Shown here piece by piece: positions 23,141-34,823 of a stretch of 64,000 nt of DNA. Origin of the DNA: Candidatus Poribacteria bacterium (GTDB lineage: Bacteria > Poribacteria > WGA-4E > WGA-3G). The first letter of the stretch is position 1. Each line of letters opens with the position of its first letter. Position numbers and translations under genes: made by a program. The notes beneath the pieces are model-generated. The model made no database searches. It saw nothing but the letters and a program-made list of their open reading frames with translations, and was not told the DNA's origin. The DNA lies in assembly GCA_964291315.2 (NCBI GenBank), contig OZ219753.1, positions 448,001 to 512,000 on the forward strand, read 5' to 3'.

Positions 23141-23473
23141 ATGGCAACAATTACCGCTGCAGGCGTTCGCCATGTCGCAAATCTTGCACGCCTTGAGTTT
23201 AATGACGAAGAAACAGGGCAGTTCACCGATCAGCTCGCCAGAATCTTTGACTATATCGGAAAGTTGAATGAATTGGACACAGATGATGTACCGCCAACAT
23301 CGCACATCCATCCGCACCAGGTCGTTATTATGAGTTCAAAAACTCAAACGCCTCATGTCGCTAAACAGGATGTTGTCAAATCCTCCTATCCGCGCCAAGA
23401 AGTACTTGCAAACGCGCCTGAAGCTGAAGACGGATATTTCGGAGTTCCGAGAGTGGTTGATCGCAGTCACTAA
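23141..23473 (+). CDS. gatC: Asp/Glu-tRNA amidotransferase subunit C
   Basis: VRHVANLARL...LDTDDVPPTSH...NAP...YFGVPRV; upstream of gatA. Confidence 0.93.
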   Translation: MATITAAGVRHVANLARLEFNDEETGQFTDQLARIFDYIGKLNELDTDDVPPTSHIHPHQVVIMSSKTQTPHVAKQDVVKSSYPRQEVLANAPEAEDGYFGVPRVVDRSH

Positions 23474-23503
23474 CGCTAAACTTCGTTAAAGGAGAATGAC
23501 GAA

Positions 23504-24988
23504 ATGTCGCTTTATGAACTGACCGCACATACGCTACATGAAAAACTCAAAGCCCGGGAGATTACTGCTGTCCAACTGGTCGAATCTGTCTATGAGCGTA
23601 TTGACGCTGTCGAACCCCACGTCAAAGGTTATCTGACACTCACCAAAGAGATCGCCTTGGAACAGGCAGGGCATGCTGATGCGGGGTTTCAAAAAGGGAA
23701 AGATATGCCGCCTCTCGCGGGCATCCCCATCGCTGTTAAAGATGTAATATGTACTAAAGGTGTGCGCACTACTTGTGCTTCTAAGATCCTGGAAACCTTT
23801 GTCCCACCGTACGACGCGACCGTCATGACCAAACTCCACAAACAAGGAGTCGTTGTGCTCGGTAAAACGAATATGGACGAATTTGCTATGGGGTCATCTA
23901 CCGAGAATTCGGCGTATCAGATTACGCGTAACCCGTGGAACTTGGACACCATCCCCGGCGGCTCAAGTGGTGGTTCTGCTGCTGTTGTATCTGCTGATAC
24001 GGCTATTTGTGCCCTCGGTTCAGACACGGGCGGGTCAATTCGCCAACCCGCGGCGCTCTGTGGAGTCGTCGGCATGAAGCCGACATACGGACGAGTTTCC
24101 CGCTACGGTTTGGTGGCTTTTGCCTCCTCGCTCGACCAGATTGGACCCCTTACAAAAGACGTGACCGATTGTGCTCTTCTACTCAACGCTATCTGTGGAA
24201 GCGATATCATGGATGCAACCTCTGTTAATGTGCCTGTACCTGATTTCACACAGAGTCTTATCAACGATGTGAAAGGCATGAAAATTGGTATACCGAAAGA
24301 ATATTTCACACCGATGTTGGATGCCGAAGTCGCACACTGCGTCCACACTGCTATTGCTGTACTTCAACAACTTGGCGCATCGGTTGAGGAAATCTCTTTG
24401 CCACACACTGAGTATGCCATTGCAACATACTACATTATCGCACCCGCGGAGGCCAGCGCGAATCTCGCTAGGTACGACGGAGTTCGCTACGGATACCGAA
24501 ACGAGGACACAGAAGACCTGATTACAATGTATAAGAAGACGCGCAGCAGAGGGTTCGGTGAAGAGGTGAAACGCAGAATTATGCTCGGTACTTTCGCCCT
24601 GAGTACCGGTTACCAAGATGCCTATTATAAAAAAGCGCAAAAAGTACGGACGCTCATCAGATCTGATTTTGAGTCCGCATTTGAGAAGGTTGATGTTATC
24701 GCAACGCCGACTTCGCCTACACCTGCATTCAAAATAGGCGAGCGGACTGCAGATCCCTTGCAAATGTATCTTTGCGATGTGATGACAACACCCGCTAGCC
24801 ATGCAGGGTTGCCCGGTATCTCTATTCCATGCGGTCTCGTACAAACGGGGTTGCCAATCGGTTTGCAACTTCTTGGGGCCGCTTTTGAAGAAGAGAAAGT
24901 TTTGCGCGTCGCCTATACTTTCGAACAGAATACCGAACACCACCTGCAACAACCACACATCGAGACGAATGGAGTTGTTTTATCATGA
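23504..24988 (+). CDS. gatA: Asp/Glu-tRNA amidotransferase subunit A
   Basis: [45 protein letters not shown]. Confidence 0.97.
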   Translation: MSLYELTAHTLHEKLKAREITAVQLVESVYERIDAVEPHVKGYLTLTKEIALEQAGHADAGFQKGKDMPPLAGIPIAVKDVICTKGVRTTCASKILETFVPPYDATVMTKLHKQGVVVLGKTNMDEFAMGSSTENSAYQITRNPWNLDTIPGGSSGGSAAVVSADTAICALGSDTGGSIRQPAALCGVVGMKPTYGRVSRYGLVAFASSLDQIGPLTKDVTDCALLLNAICGSDIMDATSVNVPVPDFTQSLINDVKGMKIGIPKEYFTPMLDAEVAHCVHTAIAVLQQLGASVEEISLPHTEYAIATYYIIAPAEASANLARYDGVRYGYRNEDTEDLITMYKKTRSRGFGEEVKRRIMLGTFALSTGYQDAYYKKAQKVRTLIRSDFESAFEKVDVIATPTSPTPAFKIGERTADPLQMYLCDVMTTPASHAGLPGISIPCGLVQTGLPIGLQLLGAAFEEEKVLRVAYTFEQNTEHHLQQPHIETNGVVLS

Positions 24989-25464
24989 ACGCTGTAATCG
25001 CTCCATTTGGTGGACTTCTCGGGGCAGTAATAGGCGGAGTGCTTTGGGCAAAGTATATTCAGTGGACAGGACACACCGCTGGTTTTATTGCTATCGGTAT
25101 CGGCTTGCTCACTGGACTATCCATACTTCTTACAAGCACTCGAATCCTATCGAGCGATGCTAAAACGATGTGGTACCTCGTCTCTATTGCTGCCGCGCTT
25201 TTCGCAATACTCGGTATCTTTATCGGGAAATATCTAGATGTGCAGTGGAATGCAATTTCACAAATTGCCGAGCAGCTCCGCGAGGAGAACAATATATCTT
25301 TGGAACAAGCTATGCCTATTGCCACAACCCTATTTAAAGGGCAGTCGGTCTGGGAATTGATGCAGTCACGAATGAGTCGCATCGATCTACTTTACGCAAC
25401 GGTTGCTGCCGTTATAGCTTTTCGTATTCCAAGTATTAGAATGCTGCGAAACTATTTTTATTAA
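24985..25464 (+). CDS. Hypothetical membrane protein
   Basis: About four hydrophobic segments; ATGA overlap with gatA. Confidence 0.7.
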   Translation: MNAVIAPFGGLLGAVIGGVLWAKYIQWTGHTAGFIAIGIGLLTGLSILLTSTRILSSDAKTMWYLVSIAAALFAILGIFIGKYLDVQWNAISQIAEQLREENNISLEQAMPIATTLFKGQSVWELMQSRMSRIDLLYATVAAVIAFRIPSIRMLRNYFY

Positions 25465-25691
25465 TCAGACTTTACGGACTAAAAACTAGTAGGTATGGTT
25501 TGTAACCGCACCGATCCCGTGGGAGCACGTGTCTATCTATACCATAGCAAGATAGAGACCTTGACTCAATTTTACGCAAGTCCTGCTAATTGCAGCTTAC
25601 GCAAATCACACTTATTTCTAGGCGCTGTCTGTGCAATTTATGAAGCAACACACTTCTTAAGCATATTCACGGCCTAACAGAGGAAATAACC

Positions 25692-27122
25692 ATGAAAAAT
25701 TTGATAACACGTTTTGAAAATCGACGCGCTGCGTTAAAAAACTGCCTTTGCATTTTTTTATCTATATGCCTTATCTGTGCCTTTTTACCACTTGGTTGGA
25801 GTGTGGAAGAGAAAGATGACAAACTCATCGAAAATCTTGCACTCTTCTCACAGGTCCTAGCTTATGTCAAGCAGTATCATCTCGATACACCAGATACGAA
25901 AGAACTCATGGAAGGTGCTATCCAAGGCATGCTTAGAAAGTTAGACCCATACAACCAATTGATTCAAGACTATTCCAAGTTTCGGACCGATAACCGGGGC
26001 AATTATGGCGGACTAGGAATGAGTGTCGGTATTCGGGAAGATATGCTCACTGTGATTACCCCTTTTAAGGATCGTCCGGCAGCATTAGCTGGCGTACAGA
26101 ACGGCGATATCATCAGCCATATTGAAGGCGAATCAACCGCAGTCATGTCATTGACCGAGGCAGTGGATCAGTTACGAGGCGAACCCGGAGCACCAATCTC
26201 TCTCACAATCATTCGTCAAAACGAAAACCGACCTATTGAGGTTACCGTTACGCGTGAAGTGATTCGGATTCCGAGTGTGGAAACCGATATTATCGGAGAT
26301 AAGATCGGCTACATTAAAATCAATCAATTTCTTCAGACTACAGCTTATGACGTAGATAAAGCTTTCGTTGATTTTAAGAAACACAATATCCGTGGGGTTA
26401 TCCTTGATCTCCGTCTAAACCCGGGCGGGGTGCTCTCTTCAGCTGTTGATATTGCTAGCGATTTTCTCAAACCCGGTCAACTCGTCGTTTATAGTAAAGG
26501 GATTGAGAGTCGCGAGGATTTTGTGGCAAAAGGTGAGGAAAGGGAGGACTTCCCTCTGATCGTCCTTGTCAATGGCGGTAGCGCGAGCGCCTCTGAGATC
26601 GTCGCGGGTGCTGTCAAAGACCACAGACGGGGCATCGTTATGGGGAATAAAACCTTCGGAAAAGCGTCTGTCCAACGTGTGTTTCCCCTTGAAGATTCAA
26701 AATCTGCTGTGAAAATAACTGTCGCGCGCTACTATACACCTAAAGGTGTGGATATCAACAAAATCGGTATCATCCCTGACGTTGAATCACCATGGTTTAG
26801 TCGTTCCGAACAGCAGATGCATCTCAAACTCCGAGGCCACGAAAAACTCAAAACTTTCATAGCTGAAAATGGGGAAGATGTTTTGGATCGACTTGCTGCC
26901 GCCTCTCATGCGTCTCGTGACGACAAACAGGCAACAAAACTGCTGCGGAGTTACCAACGCCTGGTAGATGCACTCATTGAAGAACAGATTGTGCTTAGTG
27001 ATATCGGGATTAAATACGCGCTTGCACAGATTACTGAGATCTCGCGCGATGAACTCGAACACGACCCACAGATCGTTGCTGCTATGGAACAATTGAAGGT
27101 GCTTGAACTCTTCGCAAAATGA
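25692..27122 (+). CDS. S41 carboxyl-terminal processing protease (CtpA/Prc family)
   Basis: Signal/TM, LDPY, GLGM PDZ, DLRLNPGG, SASASEIVAGA, TFGKASVQ. Confidence 0.93.
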   Translation: MKNLITRFENRRAALKNCLCIFLSICLICAFLPLGWSVEEKDDKLIENLALFSQVLAYVKQYHLDTPDTKELMEGAIQGMLRKLDPYNQLIQDYSKFRTDNRGNYGGLGMSVGIREDMLTVITPFKDRPAALAGVQNGDIISHIEGESTAVMSLTEAVDQLRGEPGAPISLTIIRQNENRPIEVTVTREVIRIPSVETDIIGDKIGYIKINQFLQTTAYDVDKAFVDFKKHNIRGVILDLRLNPGGVLSSAVDIASDFLKPGQLVVYSKGIESREDFVAKGEEREDFPLIVLVNGGSASASEIVAGAVKDHRRGIVMGNKTFGKASVQRVFPLEDSKSAVKITVARYYTPKGVDINKIGIIPDVESPWFSRSEQQMHLKLRGHEKLKTFIAENGEDVLDRLAAASHASRDDKQATKLLRSYQRLVDALIEEQIVLSDIGIKYALAQITEISRDELEHDPQIVAAMEQLKVLELFAK

Positions 27123-27173
27123 AACTAATCTAGCACGAACTGTTAATTTGTAGACTCTAAAGGACAAAATCTG

Positions 27174-28673
27174 ATGCCTGACGCGAATCTTCTTAAAACT
27201 GGATCGCAGGTTGTGCCGGAAGTCCAAACGCCACTCCTAAACTACATTGACAACACATGGCAACAGTCTAATACGCACAAACTGCTTGACGTTACAAATC
27301 CTGCAACCGGAGAAGTACTCACCCAAGTGCCGCTTTCACTTGCAGAGGAGGTTGACCAAGCCGCTGCTGCCGCTGCTGCTGCACTCTACCAATGGCGACG
27401 GACACCATCTGTTCAACGGGTTCAATATCTGTTCAGGTTGAAAAACCTCTTAGAAGAGCAGGTAGACGACATCGCAAAAACCATTACGCTTGAGTGTGGT
27501 AAAACGTTGGATGAAGCAAAAGGTGAAATGCGCCGTGCTATCGAGAACGTTGAGGTCGCATGCGGTATTCCAACGCTCATGCAAGGCACGAATCTTGAGG
27601 ACATCGCAACCGGCATCGATGAATTCATGCTCCGTCAACCCGTGGGGGTCTGTGCTGCTATTGCACCTTTCAACTTTCCAGGGATGATTACCTTCTGGTT
27701 TCTTCCGTATGCCATCGCTTGTGGCAACACCTACATCGTCAAACCTTCCGAGAAAGTACCAGTCACAATGCAAAAGGTGTTCCAGCTCTTGGAACAAACT
27801 GGACTCCCGAAAGGCGTTGTGAACCTAGTCAACGGAGGTGCGGACACTGTAAATGCTCTCTTAACGCATCCGGAGGTGCATGCGATTAGCTTTGTGGGCG
27901 CAACTGCAACTGCAAAAGCCATCTATGCAAAGGCTGCTGCGAACGGTAAACGCGTCCAGTGCCAAGGCGGTGCCAAAAATCCACTCATAATTCTACCAGA
28001 TGCCGAACCGCAGTTTACTGTTAATGCCGCGACTGAGAGTGCCTTTGGGTGTGCCGGACAGCGCTGTCTTGCCGCATCACTTGCATTTACTGTGGGTGAG
28101 GCACACCACTGGTTCCAAGAAGCTATCGCCGACACTGCCATCGACCGCATCGTCGGAAACGGTTTGCAGGAAGGTGTCGAAATGGGGCCCGTCATCACCC
28201 CCGAAAGCAAAACCCGGATTGAGCGATTGATTCAAACAGGCTCTGATGAAGGCGCGAGAATTCTTGTTGACGGTAGGTATCCAAGCATCTCCGGCGGGGA
28301 AAAAGGAAATTTTATCCGTCCCACCGTTCTTAGTAATCTTGACCCACACAGCGAAATTGCTAGCACTGAAATCTTCGGCCCCGTTCTAGGACTCATCCAT
28401 GTCGAGACTATCGACGACGCAATCGCACTTGTCAATGGTGGACGTTACGGAAACATGGCATGCCTCTTTACAAGTAGTGGTGCCTCTGCTCGCAAGTTTC
28501 GTTATGAAGCAGAGATCGGAAACATCGGTATTAATATCAGTGTAGCTGCCCCGATGGCGTTCTTCCCATTCAGCGGGTGGAAAGATAGTTTCTTCGGCGA
28601 TCTGCATGGTCAGAGTTGGGATGCTGTGGACTTTTTCACCCAAAAGAAAGTTGTGGTTGAACGTTGGATGTAG
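27174..28673 (+). CDS. mmsA: CoA-acylating methylmalonate-semialdehyde dehydrogenase (MmsA/IolA)
   Basis: [43 protein letters not shown]. Confidence 0.9.
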   Translation: MPDANLLKTGSQVVPEVQTPLLNYIDNTWQQSNTHKLLDVTNPATGEVLTQVPLSLAEEVDQAAAAAAAALYQWRRTPSVQRVQYLFRLKNLLEEQVDDIAKTITLECGKTLDEAKGEMRRAIENVEVACGIPTLMQGTNLEDIATGIDEFMLRQPVGVCAAIAPFNFPGMITFWFLPYAIACGNTYIVKPSEKVPVTMQKVFQLLEQTGLPKGVVNLVNGGADTVNALLTHPEVHAISFVGATATAKAIYAKAAANGKRVQCQGGAKNPLIILPDAEPQFTVNAATESAFGCAGQRCLAASLAFTVGEAHHWFQEAIADTAIDRIVGNGLQEGVEMGPVITPESKTRIERLIQTGSDEGARILVDGRYPSISGGEKGNFIRPTVLSNLDPHSEIASTEIFGPVLGLIHVETIDDAIALVNGGRYGNMACLFTSSGASARKFRYEAEIGNIGINISVAAPMAFFPFSGWKDSFFGDLHGQSWDAVDFFTQKKVVVERWM

Positions 28674-28899
28674 CGCTATATAGATTCAAACTTTGTCTTT
28701 ACCTTAGCACCAAAAGCTCAGCGACGATTCACCTCAGGACTTAGTTGTCCGGTAATAAAACCAAATTTTGGTATATTAATTTTAAATTTTCTTTTTTTCG
28801 ACATACTTCACACTGTTGTATGGTAATTTGCTGGAGCACAACAGAACTTTACGTATAATATTCTCTTAACCCCACCTCAGTAGTACGCAGGAGAAAGAC

Positions 28900-29703
28900 G
28901 TGTTTTTTACCGACGAGCAATTCACAATAATTAATGAAAATGTGCTGACAACACGCGATATTAAGGAAAATAGTATTGATCTCATTGTCACTTCCCCGCC
29001 TTATAACGTTGACATAAAATATAACTCGAATGATGATGCCCTTTCTTATGCCGACTATCTTATCTTTTCGGAAAAGTGGTTCACTTGTTGCTTTCATTGG
29101 CTCAAGCCCGATGGACGTTTCTGCCTTAATATCCCTTTGGATAAAAATAAAGGCGGTCAGCAACATGTCGGGGCGGATCTAACTAAACTCGCCACTACTG
29201 TCGGATTCCAATATCACTCTACTATTATCTGGAATGAAGGGAACATCTCCAGAAGGACCGCTTGGGGATCGTGGATGAAAGCATCTGCCCCCTATGTCAT
29301 CGCCCCTGTTGAACTAGTCGTTGTCCTCTACAAGGAGCAGTGGAAAAAAACAAGCGGTAGCGGCCAGTCGGACATGACCAAAGAAGAGTTCATGGAATGG
29401 ACAAATGGCCTCTGGACCTTTCCCGGTGAAAGTAAGAAACGGATAGGACACCCCGCCCCTTTTCCGTTAGAACTTCCACGTCGGTGTATTAAACTTTTTA
29501 GTTATGTTCATGATACGGTACTTGATCCGTTTATGGGGAGTGGTACTACTCTAGTTGCTGCCCACCTGAATAAGCGCCGGGGTATCGGAATCGAAGTTGA
29601 TGAGGGGTACTGCAGACTCGCAAAAGAAAGGGTAAACCAAGCTGCAAATCAATTATCTCTATTTGAAAGAGAGGAGGAAACACATGGCGAGGACAATTCG
29701 TGA
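28900..29703 (+). CDS. Beta-class amino-DNA methyltransferase (likely m4C)
   Basis: TSPPY precedes HPAPFP...DPFMGSGTT. Confidence 0.9.
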   Translation: MFFTDEQFTIINENVLTTRDIKENSIDLIVTSPPYNVDIKYNSNDDALSYADYLIFSEKWFTCCFHWLKPDGRFCLNIPLDKNKGGQQHVGADLTKLATTVGFQYHSTIIWNEGNISRRTAWGSWMKASAPYVIAPVELVVVLYKEQWKKTSGSGQSDMTKEEFMEWTNGLWTFPGESKKRIGHPAPFPLELPRRCIKLFSYVHDTVLDPFMGSGTTLVAAHLNKRRGIGIEVDEGYCRLAKERVNQAANQLSLFEREEETHGEDNS

Positions 29704-30271
29704 GCTTGTGTTAGAATTTTTTATAAATCATCAGAATGAAGAACTTCCACATGGTCCTGTAGTTGATTGGGTAAGCGAACAGTATCTTCAAGAGCATGAT
29801 AGTCCTCCAAGGGATCCGTGGCGAACCATCAGACAACTTCATCAAGAAGGCAAGCTAGTCAAGGTTCGGCAGGGGATTTACAAGTACGACCCGAATTATC
29901 AACATGAAGCCGTATTATTTGAGTTTTCTCAGCGCGACAGACAAGCCATTTTTGAGCGTGATGGTTATCGTTGTGTGGTCTGCGGGCGTGGGACTGAAGA
30001 TGGTATTACACTGGCCGCTGACCATATCAAACCGAAAGATAAAGGTGGCACAAATACGATTGAAAATGGCCAAACCCTCTGTTACAAACACAATTTGCTC
30101 AAGCGGAACTATTCGCAGACCGAGGCAGGCAAAAGGTATTTTATTAGAATGTACGAAACTGCAGTGAAAAATGGAGACGAAAAAATGATAGCATTTGCCC
30201 AAGCTGTCTTTGACGTTTACGATGCGCATGATGTTAACGGTCATATTAATCGTCCTGACACGGAAAATTGA
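29684..30271 (+). CDS. HNH endonuclease (putative restriction enzyme)
   Basis: RDGYRCVVCG...DHIKP...GG...NGQTLCYKHN; GAGGAGG RBS before ATG 29684; overlaps the methyltransferase end. Confidence 0.85.
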   Translation: MARTIRELVLEFFINHQNEELPHGPVVDWVSEQYLQEHDSPPRDPWRTIRQLHQEGKLVKVRQGIYKYDPNYQHEAVLFEFSQRDRQAIFERDGYRCVVCGRGTEDGITLAADHIKPKDKGGTNTIENGQTLCYKHNLLKRNYSQTEAGKRYFIRMYETAVKNGDEKMIAFAQAVFDVYDAHDVNGHINRPDTEN

Positions 30272-30481
30272 CTGAAAGGTAATCAACCGATTGTATTTGT
30301 GAATTCGACACAGTCACTGCAGACTATAGCGTGACTATAAATCTTAAACCTTATTATGCCGCGAATTACTCAAGGATAGCGTAGTAGTGCTGGTGCTCAG
30401 ATAGCTCTGAAATCTAGCATTGTCAGTTCTTACAGATTCAATTAATTTTCATTCTTATGAGGAAAGGATAGATCCTGAATT

Positions 30482-31795
30482 ATGTCCTCGAATAAAATTC
30501 TAGAATGGTTCGACCAGACACCTATTAGCAAAGAATGGTCGTTTGATGGTTGCAAACCATCAGACACAGGGAAATGGACGCACGGTTACCATCGTTATCC
30601 CGCTAAATTTATACCACAGCTTGTTGAACGTTTGATAGACGATTACTTAGCTAACGGTACCGGTAATGTGAACGATCCGTTTATGGGTTGTGGGACAACC
30701 ATTGTTAGTGCAATATCGCGCGGACTGCACGCAAGTGGGACGGACATTAATAAAATTGCTCATTTGATGACCGAAGCAAAATCAACCCCAATTCTACCTG
30801 ACTATCTTGAGGAAAAGGTTAATCGGTTCCTTTCGCAGATTTTGCGTCTCGATGATACAGATGGTTTCCTCCCTGGTAATCATATACAACCGCACATCCC
30901 AGAAAAACATTTGGAGAGAATTGATTATTGGTTTAGAGAAGATATTCGAGACAGATTGGGGAAAATCCTAACCTTAATTCGTGAAGAAACCGATTTGACT
31001 GTTCGATCCTTCCTGCTTGTTGCCTTTAGTCATGTGCTTAAAACGTGTTCAATTTGGAGCCAAGGAAGCACGAAGCCAATACGTGATTCAAAAAAGCGAA
31101 TTACATCCCCTTGTGTAGCTCTCAAAAAACACCTCTTAAAAATGCTAAAAGGGAATGCTGAGTTCTATAATATTGTGCCATCCCGGGTGACAGATCATCT
31201 TGGTAATTATTTAAGAATTGAGGTAGGTTCTGCTAAGGCACAGCCGGTCCCGGACGACAGTGTTGATCTAATTGTCAGTTCGAGTCCATATGTAACCAGT
31301 TACGAATATGCTGACTTGCATCAACTCTCAACGCTCTGGTTAGATCTAGCTGATGATCTTAAAGCGTATAAGAAGGAGTTTATTGGAACATCTTATAAGC
31401 AGTACGAAAATAAGCCGCTATCGAGTCTAATTGCTGCTAATATTGTTGCTGAGATGCTACCGAAAAGCAGGAAAAAATCTAAAGAAATTGAAGCCTTCTT
31501 TTTAGACATGCAGGATGTTTTCAAAGAAAGTTTCAGGGTACTGAGACCCGGCGGTAGGTGTTGCTATGTTATCGGAAACACGAGGTTAAAGGGCGTTGAT
31601 ATATTGAATGCTGAGGTATTTGCAGAATCTTTGCAGGAATCGGGTTTTAGGCTTGATAAACTTATAAAAAGGGAGATTCCTCTGAAAATTCTCCCTCAAA
31701 AAAGAGATGAAAAAACGGGGCGATTTGCCAGCAAGGGCAAGGCTGATTCCGAAGCCTATCCAACAGAATATATTATTATCGGGTTGAAGGAGTAA
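30482..31795 (+). CDS. Alpha-class amino-DNA methyltransferase (likely m4C)
   Basis: HGYHRYPAKF, then DPFMGCGTT preceding SSPY. Confidence 0.88.
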   Translation: MSSNKILEWFDQTPISKEWSFDGCKPSDTGKWTHGYHRYPAKFIPQLVERLIDDYLANGTGNVNDPFMGCGTTIVSAISRGLHASGTDINKIAHLMTEAKSTPILPDYLEEKVNRFLSQILRLDDTDGFLPGNHIQPHIPEKHLERIDYWFREDIRDRLGKILTLIREETDLTVRSFLLVAFSHVLKTCSIWSQGSTKPIRDSKKRITSPCVALKKHLLKMLKGNAEFYNIVPSRVTDHLGNYLRIEVGSAKAQPVPDDSVDLIVSSSPYVTSYEYADLHQLSTLWLDLADDLKAYKKEFIGTSYKQYENKPLSSLIAANIVAEMLPKSRKKSKEIEAFFLDMQDVFKESFRVLRPGGRCCYVIGNTRLKGVDILNAEVFAESLQESGFRLDKLIKREIPLKILPQKRDEKTGRFASKGKADSEAYPTEYIIIGLKE

Positions 31796-31801
31796 ATAGT
31801 T

Positions 31802-32482
31802 GTGAAATTTGAGGATTTAAAGGATATGTACGATAAAGTACGATTGGTAGAAGGGGAAGAGGCCTACAGGTTAGTTTCTTCTCTTCTAGCGGATGCAAAG
31901 GAACATCACAAGCAAGATTTTCTGAGAGGTAAACCTAACGGAGACCATGAACAGAGCTGGAGAGCTTTCAAGGGGAAGAATTTTGAAAAGCTAGTCCAAT
32001 ACATTATTACAAAATCAATTGAAGACCTCGGTATGAAGGTAATTAATGGTAATCGGTTAGAGAGAAGTAAAAATCTATCAACGGAACTGAGGCGAGTTAA
32101 GCAAAATTTGGAGATTGATTACGGAGAATTTGGGTTGCATCTACCCGATGTCGATATAGTCGTTCACGACCCGAAAAATCAGAAAATAATCGCGCTTATT
32201 TCTAGCAAGGTTACACTGCGTGAGCGAATTGCCCAGACAGGGTATTGGAAACTCAAATTGTTGGCGGATCGAACTACTGAGCATATTAAAGTCTACTTTA
32301 TTACGCCTGACGAGGATGGCACTTTGACCAGTACATATGTTCCGAAAAAGGGTAGAGCTGTTGTAGAGACAGATCTTGATGGAACCTATGTCTTAACCGA
32401 AGCGGACCTAGAGGAAAGCAGCAAGGTCAAACTTTTTGATCATTTCATTGAGGATTTCAAACAGCTCATAAAAGATAAATAA
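31802..32482 (+). CDS. PD-(D/E)XK type II restriction endonuclease, BsaWI/CCGG-family-like
   Basis: GKNFE...PDVD...SSKVTLRER, the K-x3-RER arrangement typical of CCGG-core enzymes; adjacent to a methyltransferase. Confidence 0.75.
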   Translation: MKFEDLKDMYDKVRLVEGEEAYRLVSSLLADAKEHHKQDFLRGKPNGDHEQSWRAFKGKNFEKLVQYIITKSIEDLGMKVINGNRLERSKNLSTELRRVKQNLEIDYGEFGLHLPDVDIVVHDPKNQKIIALISSKVTLRERIAQTGYWKLKLLADRTTEHIKVYFITPDEDGTLTSTYVPKKGRAVVETDLDGTYVLTEADLEESSKVKLFDHFIEDFKQLIKDK

Positions 32483-32489
32483 TAGCATT

Positions 32490-33383
32490 ATGAAGATCGC
32501 AAATGCTCCATGCTCATGGGGTGTGCTTGAATTTGAATTGAACGGAGAAACCCCTGACTATCTACAAGTGTTAAATGAGATGAGTGCCATCGGTTACACC
32601 GGGACCGAGTTAGGCGATTGGGGCTTCATGCCGACAGACGGCGCAAAACTCCGGGCGGAACTCGCCGCGCGCCGGTTGAAAATGTTAGGCGGATTTGTAG
32701 CTGTAGCACTTGCTGACCCAGAAACGCATGCAGCAGGAGAGGCAAAAGCACTGCAGCACGCTCGATTGATGGCAGAGGCCGGCGGCGAAACGCCGCTCAT
32801 CGTACTATCAGACGACAACGGTACAATAGAACTGCGTACCCGCTATGCAGGACGAATCCGTCGAGAACACGGGTTGACACCAAAACGGTGGGATACTTTT
32901 ATACAAGGAGCACATCGTATTGCACAATCAGTCCGAGACGAGACAGGACTCCGCACCGTTTTCCATCCACATTGTGCAGGGTATATAGAGACCCCAGAAG
33001 AGATTGACACATTGATGCAGTGCACCGACTCGGACCTCATCGGATTGTGCTTTGATACAGGGCATTACCGATTCGGCGGAGGTCAACCAGTTGAGGCTTA
33101 TGCACATCATGCAGATCGAATCTGGCACGTCCATCTCAAGGATTGCGACCCTGAAATCGCTGCCCGTTCTCGCATCGAAGAATGGGATTATTTTGAATCT
33201 GTCAGCAACGGCATTTTTTGTGAGTTAGGTAAAGGCGACATTGATTTTCCAGCGTTTATCACAGAATTACAAAAACGAAACTACGAGGGTTGGGTCGTCG
33301 TAGAGCAAGACGTTTTGCCTAGTATGGGCAGTCCTTATGAGAGCGCTAGGCGGAATCTGCAGTATCTAAATTCCGTAATCTAA
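32490..33383 (+). CDS. Sugar phosphate isomerase/epimerase TIM barrel, IolE-like
   Basis: NAPCSWG, HPHCAGYIE, FDTGH, HVHLKD, ELGKG, VEQD. Confidence 0.8.
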   Translation: MKIANAPCSWGVLEFELNGETPDYLQVLNEMSAIGYTGTELGDWGFMPTDGAKLRAELAARRLKMLGGFVAVALADPETHAAGEAKALQHARLMAEAGGETPLIVLSDDNGTIELRTRYAGRIRREHGLTPKRWDTFIQGAHRIAQSVRDETGLRTVFHPHCAGYIETPEEIDTLMQCTDSDLIGLCFDTGHYRFGGGQPVEAYAHHADRIWHVHLKDCDPEIAARSRIEEWDYFESVSNGIFCELGKGDIDFPAFITELQKRNYEGWVVVEQDVLPSMGSPYESARRNLQYLNSVI

Positions 33384-33390
33384 AATGTTT

Positions 33391-34593
33391 CTATAGCCTA
33401 TCGACCGTATACGCTTCCAGCAACGCTTCGTCCAAATCCACGCCGAACCCCGGCGTACCGCTCACGGTGAAGAAACCGTCACAAGGTGCTGGTCGTAGAA
33501 GACGATATAGCTCATTTTCAACGCCGTCGCGAGAGGGACCAAAAGTCTCTGCCATACACGGTATTGGAAGACATGCCGTAAGATGCAGACCCCATGGTGT
33601 TCCTGCTTGGTGGAGCCACGTCGGAATGTCTTGTACAGCAGCCTCATGAGCAATACGCAAACATTCGGTAAAACCGCCTGCCCAACTGATGTCCGGTTGA
33701 ATCATATCTGCGGCCTCCCAACGCAGCAATTCGCGGAACCCGTATCGCGTAAACTCATGTTCGCCAGAAACAATCCAGGTCGGCTGAATATCGCGTACTA
33801 ATTGTGCCATACCTGCATAGTCGTCAACAGGGACCGGTTCCTCTATCCATTTGAGCCGCACATCCGCTGCCGCCTCAGCAAAACGGAGGGTATAGTCTGC
33901 ATCCCAACGAAGATAGACATCTGTCATTAACTCTGTATCCGGTCCAATAGCATCGCGGGCAGTGTGTATCATTTCCACATTTTCAGCGAACCCGTCTTCA
34001 CCTTCAGCGAGACCGTTCCGTAAAGGCAGCTTACAAGCAAGAAAACCATTTTCTGCGTAGTAACCTACGTCCGCACCGGTGGCGTAAGCAGGAATCTTAA
34101 GGATAGGGGTATCTGTAATTAGGCCATAGACAGGGACATCCACAATCTTTCCACATAGGTCAACAAGCGCGAGCTCTATACCGCTTAAGGCATAAATCAC
34201 CACACCGCGTCTCCCGTAAATGGAAGTGATGTGATAGAGATAATCCCAAATCTCTTCAACATCAAGCGGGTCGCGTCCATGAACAAATTGTTGGAGATGT
34301 CTTTCAATAATCAAAGCACTAGCAAGTCCACCCCCGCCAAGCCCGTACCCTTTTAATCCTTTGTCAGTGGTTACTTCAACAACTAACGCCCCAGCTTGTG
34401 CAGCGAAGGGACCTCGCCAATCGACGTGACCTATCTGGGAAGTCGACTTCTGCCATTGCCCTTTTGCGAATCCTAAGCTCGGCATCGCTTGAGGGTTCAG
34501 ATTGACGTGCCATGTGCGAACTCCAGCAACAGCGTGTCGAGTTTTTGCACGCGTTTTCCACTCGGATGCCAGCCGGTATTCCTTCGGCTGCAT
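33391..34593 (-). CDS. Mandelate racemase/enolase superfamily sugar-acid dehydratase (L-rhamnonate dehydratase-like)
   Basis: YGRRG, LMTD, KWIEEP, SGEHEFTRYGF, QPDISWAGG, PGFG. Confidence 0.8.
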   Translation of the reverse strand: MQPKEYRLASEWKTRAKTRHAVAGVRTWHVNLNPQAMPSLGFAKGQWQKSTSQIGHVDWRGPFAAQAGALVVEVTTDKGLKGYGLGGGGLASALIIERHLQQFVHGRDPLDVEEIWDYLYHITSIYGRRGVVIYALSGIELALVDLCGKIVDVPVYGLITDTPILKIPAYATGADVGYYAENGFLACKLPLRNGLAEGEDGFAENVEMIHTARDAIGPDTELMTDVYLRWDADYTLRFAEAAADVRLKWIEEPVPVDDYAGMAQLVRDIQPTWIVSGEHEFTRYGFRELLRWEAADMIQPDISWAGGFTECLRIAHEAAVQDIPTWLHQAGTPWGLHLTACLPIPCMAETFGPSRDGVENELYRLLRPAPCDGFFTVSGTPGFGVDLDEALLEAYTVDRL

Positions 34594-34823
34594 AACATTT
34601 CTCCTTTACGAAAGACTATAGACACACAGAGGAACTCCAAAATTCTAGGATTTAGACGATATGAGTGCCACTTTACCCATACAACGTGAGATCAATAAAG
34701 TGTTGCTATAATTTAGGTTTTGACACCAACAAAATGTGTCAGTCAGGCTGAATATATTAAAGCATAGATTGACTTTACCTAAATGACAGCTCTGACAGTT
34801 ACCATTTTAACCGCGGCCAAAGG

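Noticed and set aside
23141-25464. Absence of gatB after gatCA
   Set aside because: Split gat operons are common and gatB may lie outside the window.
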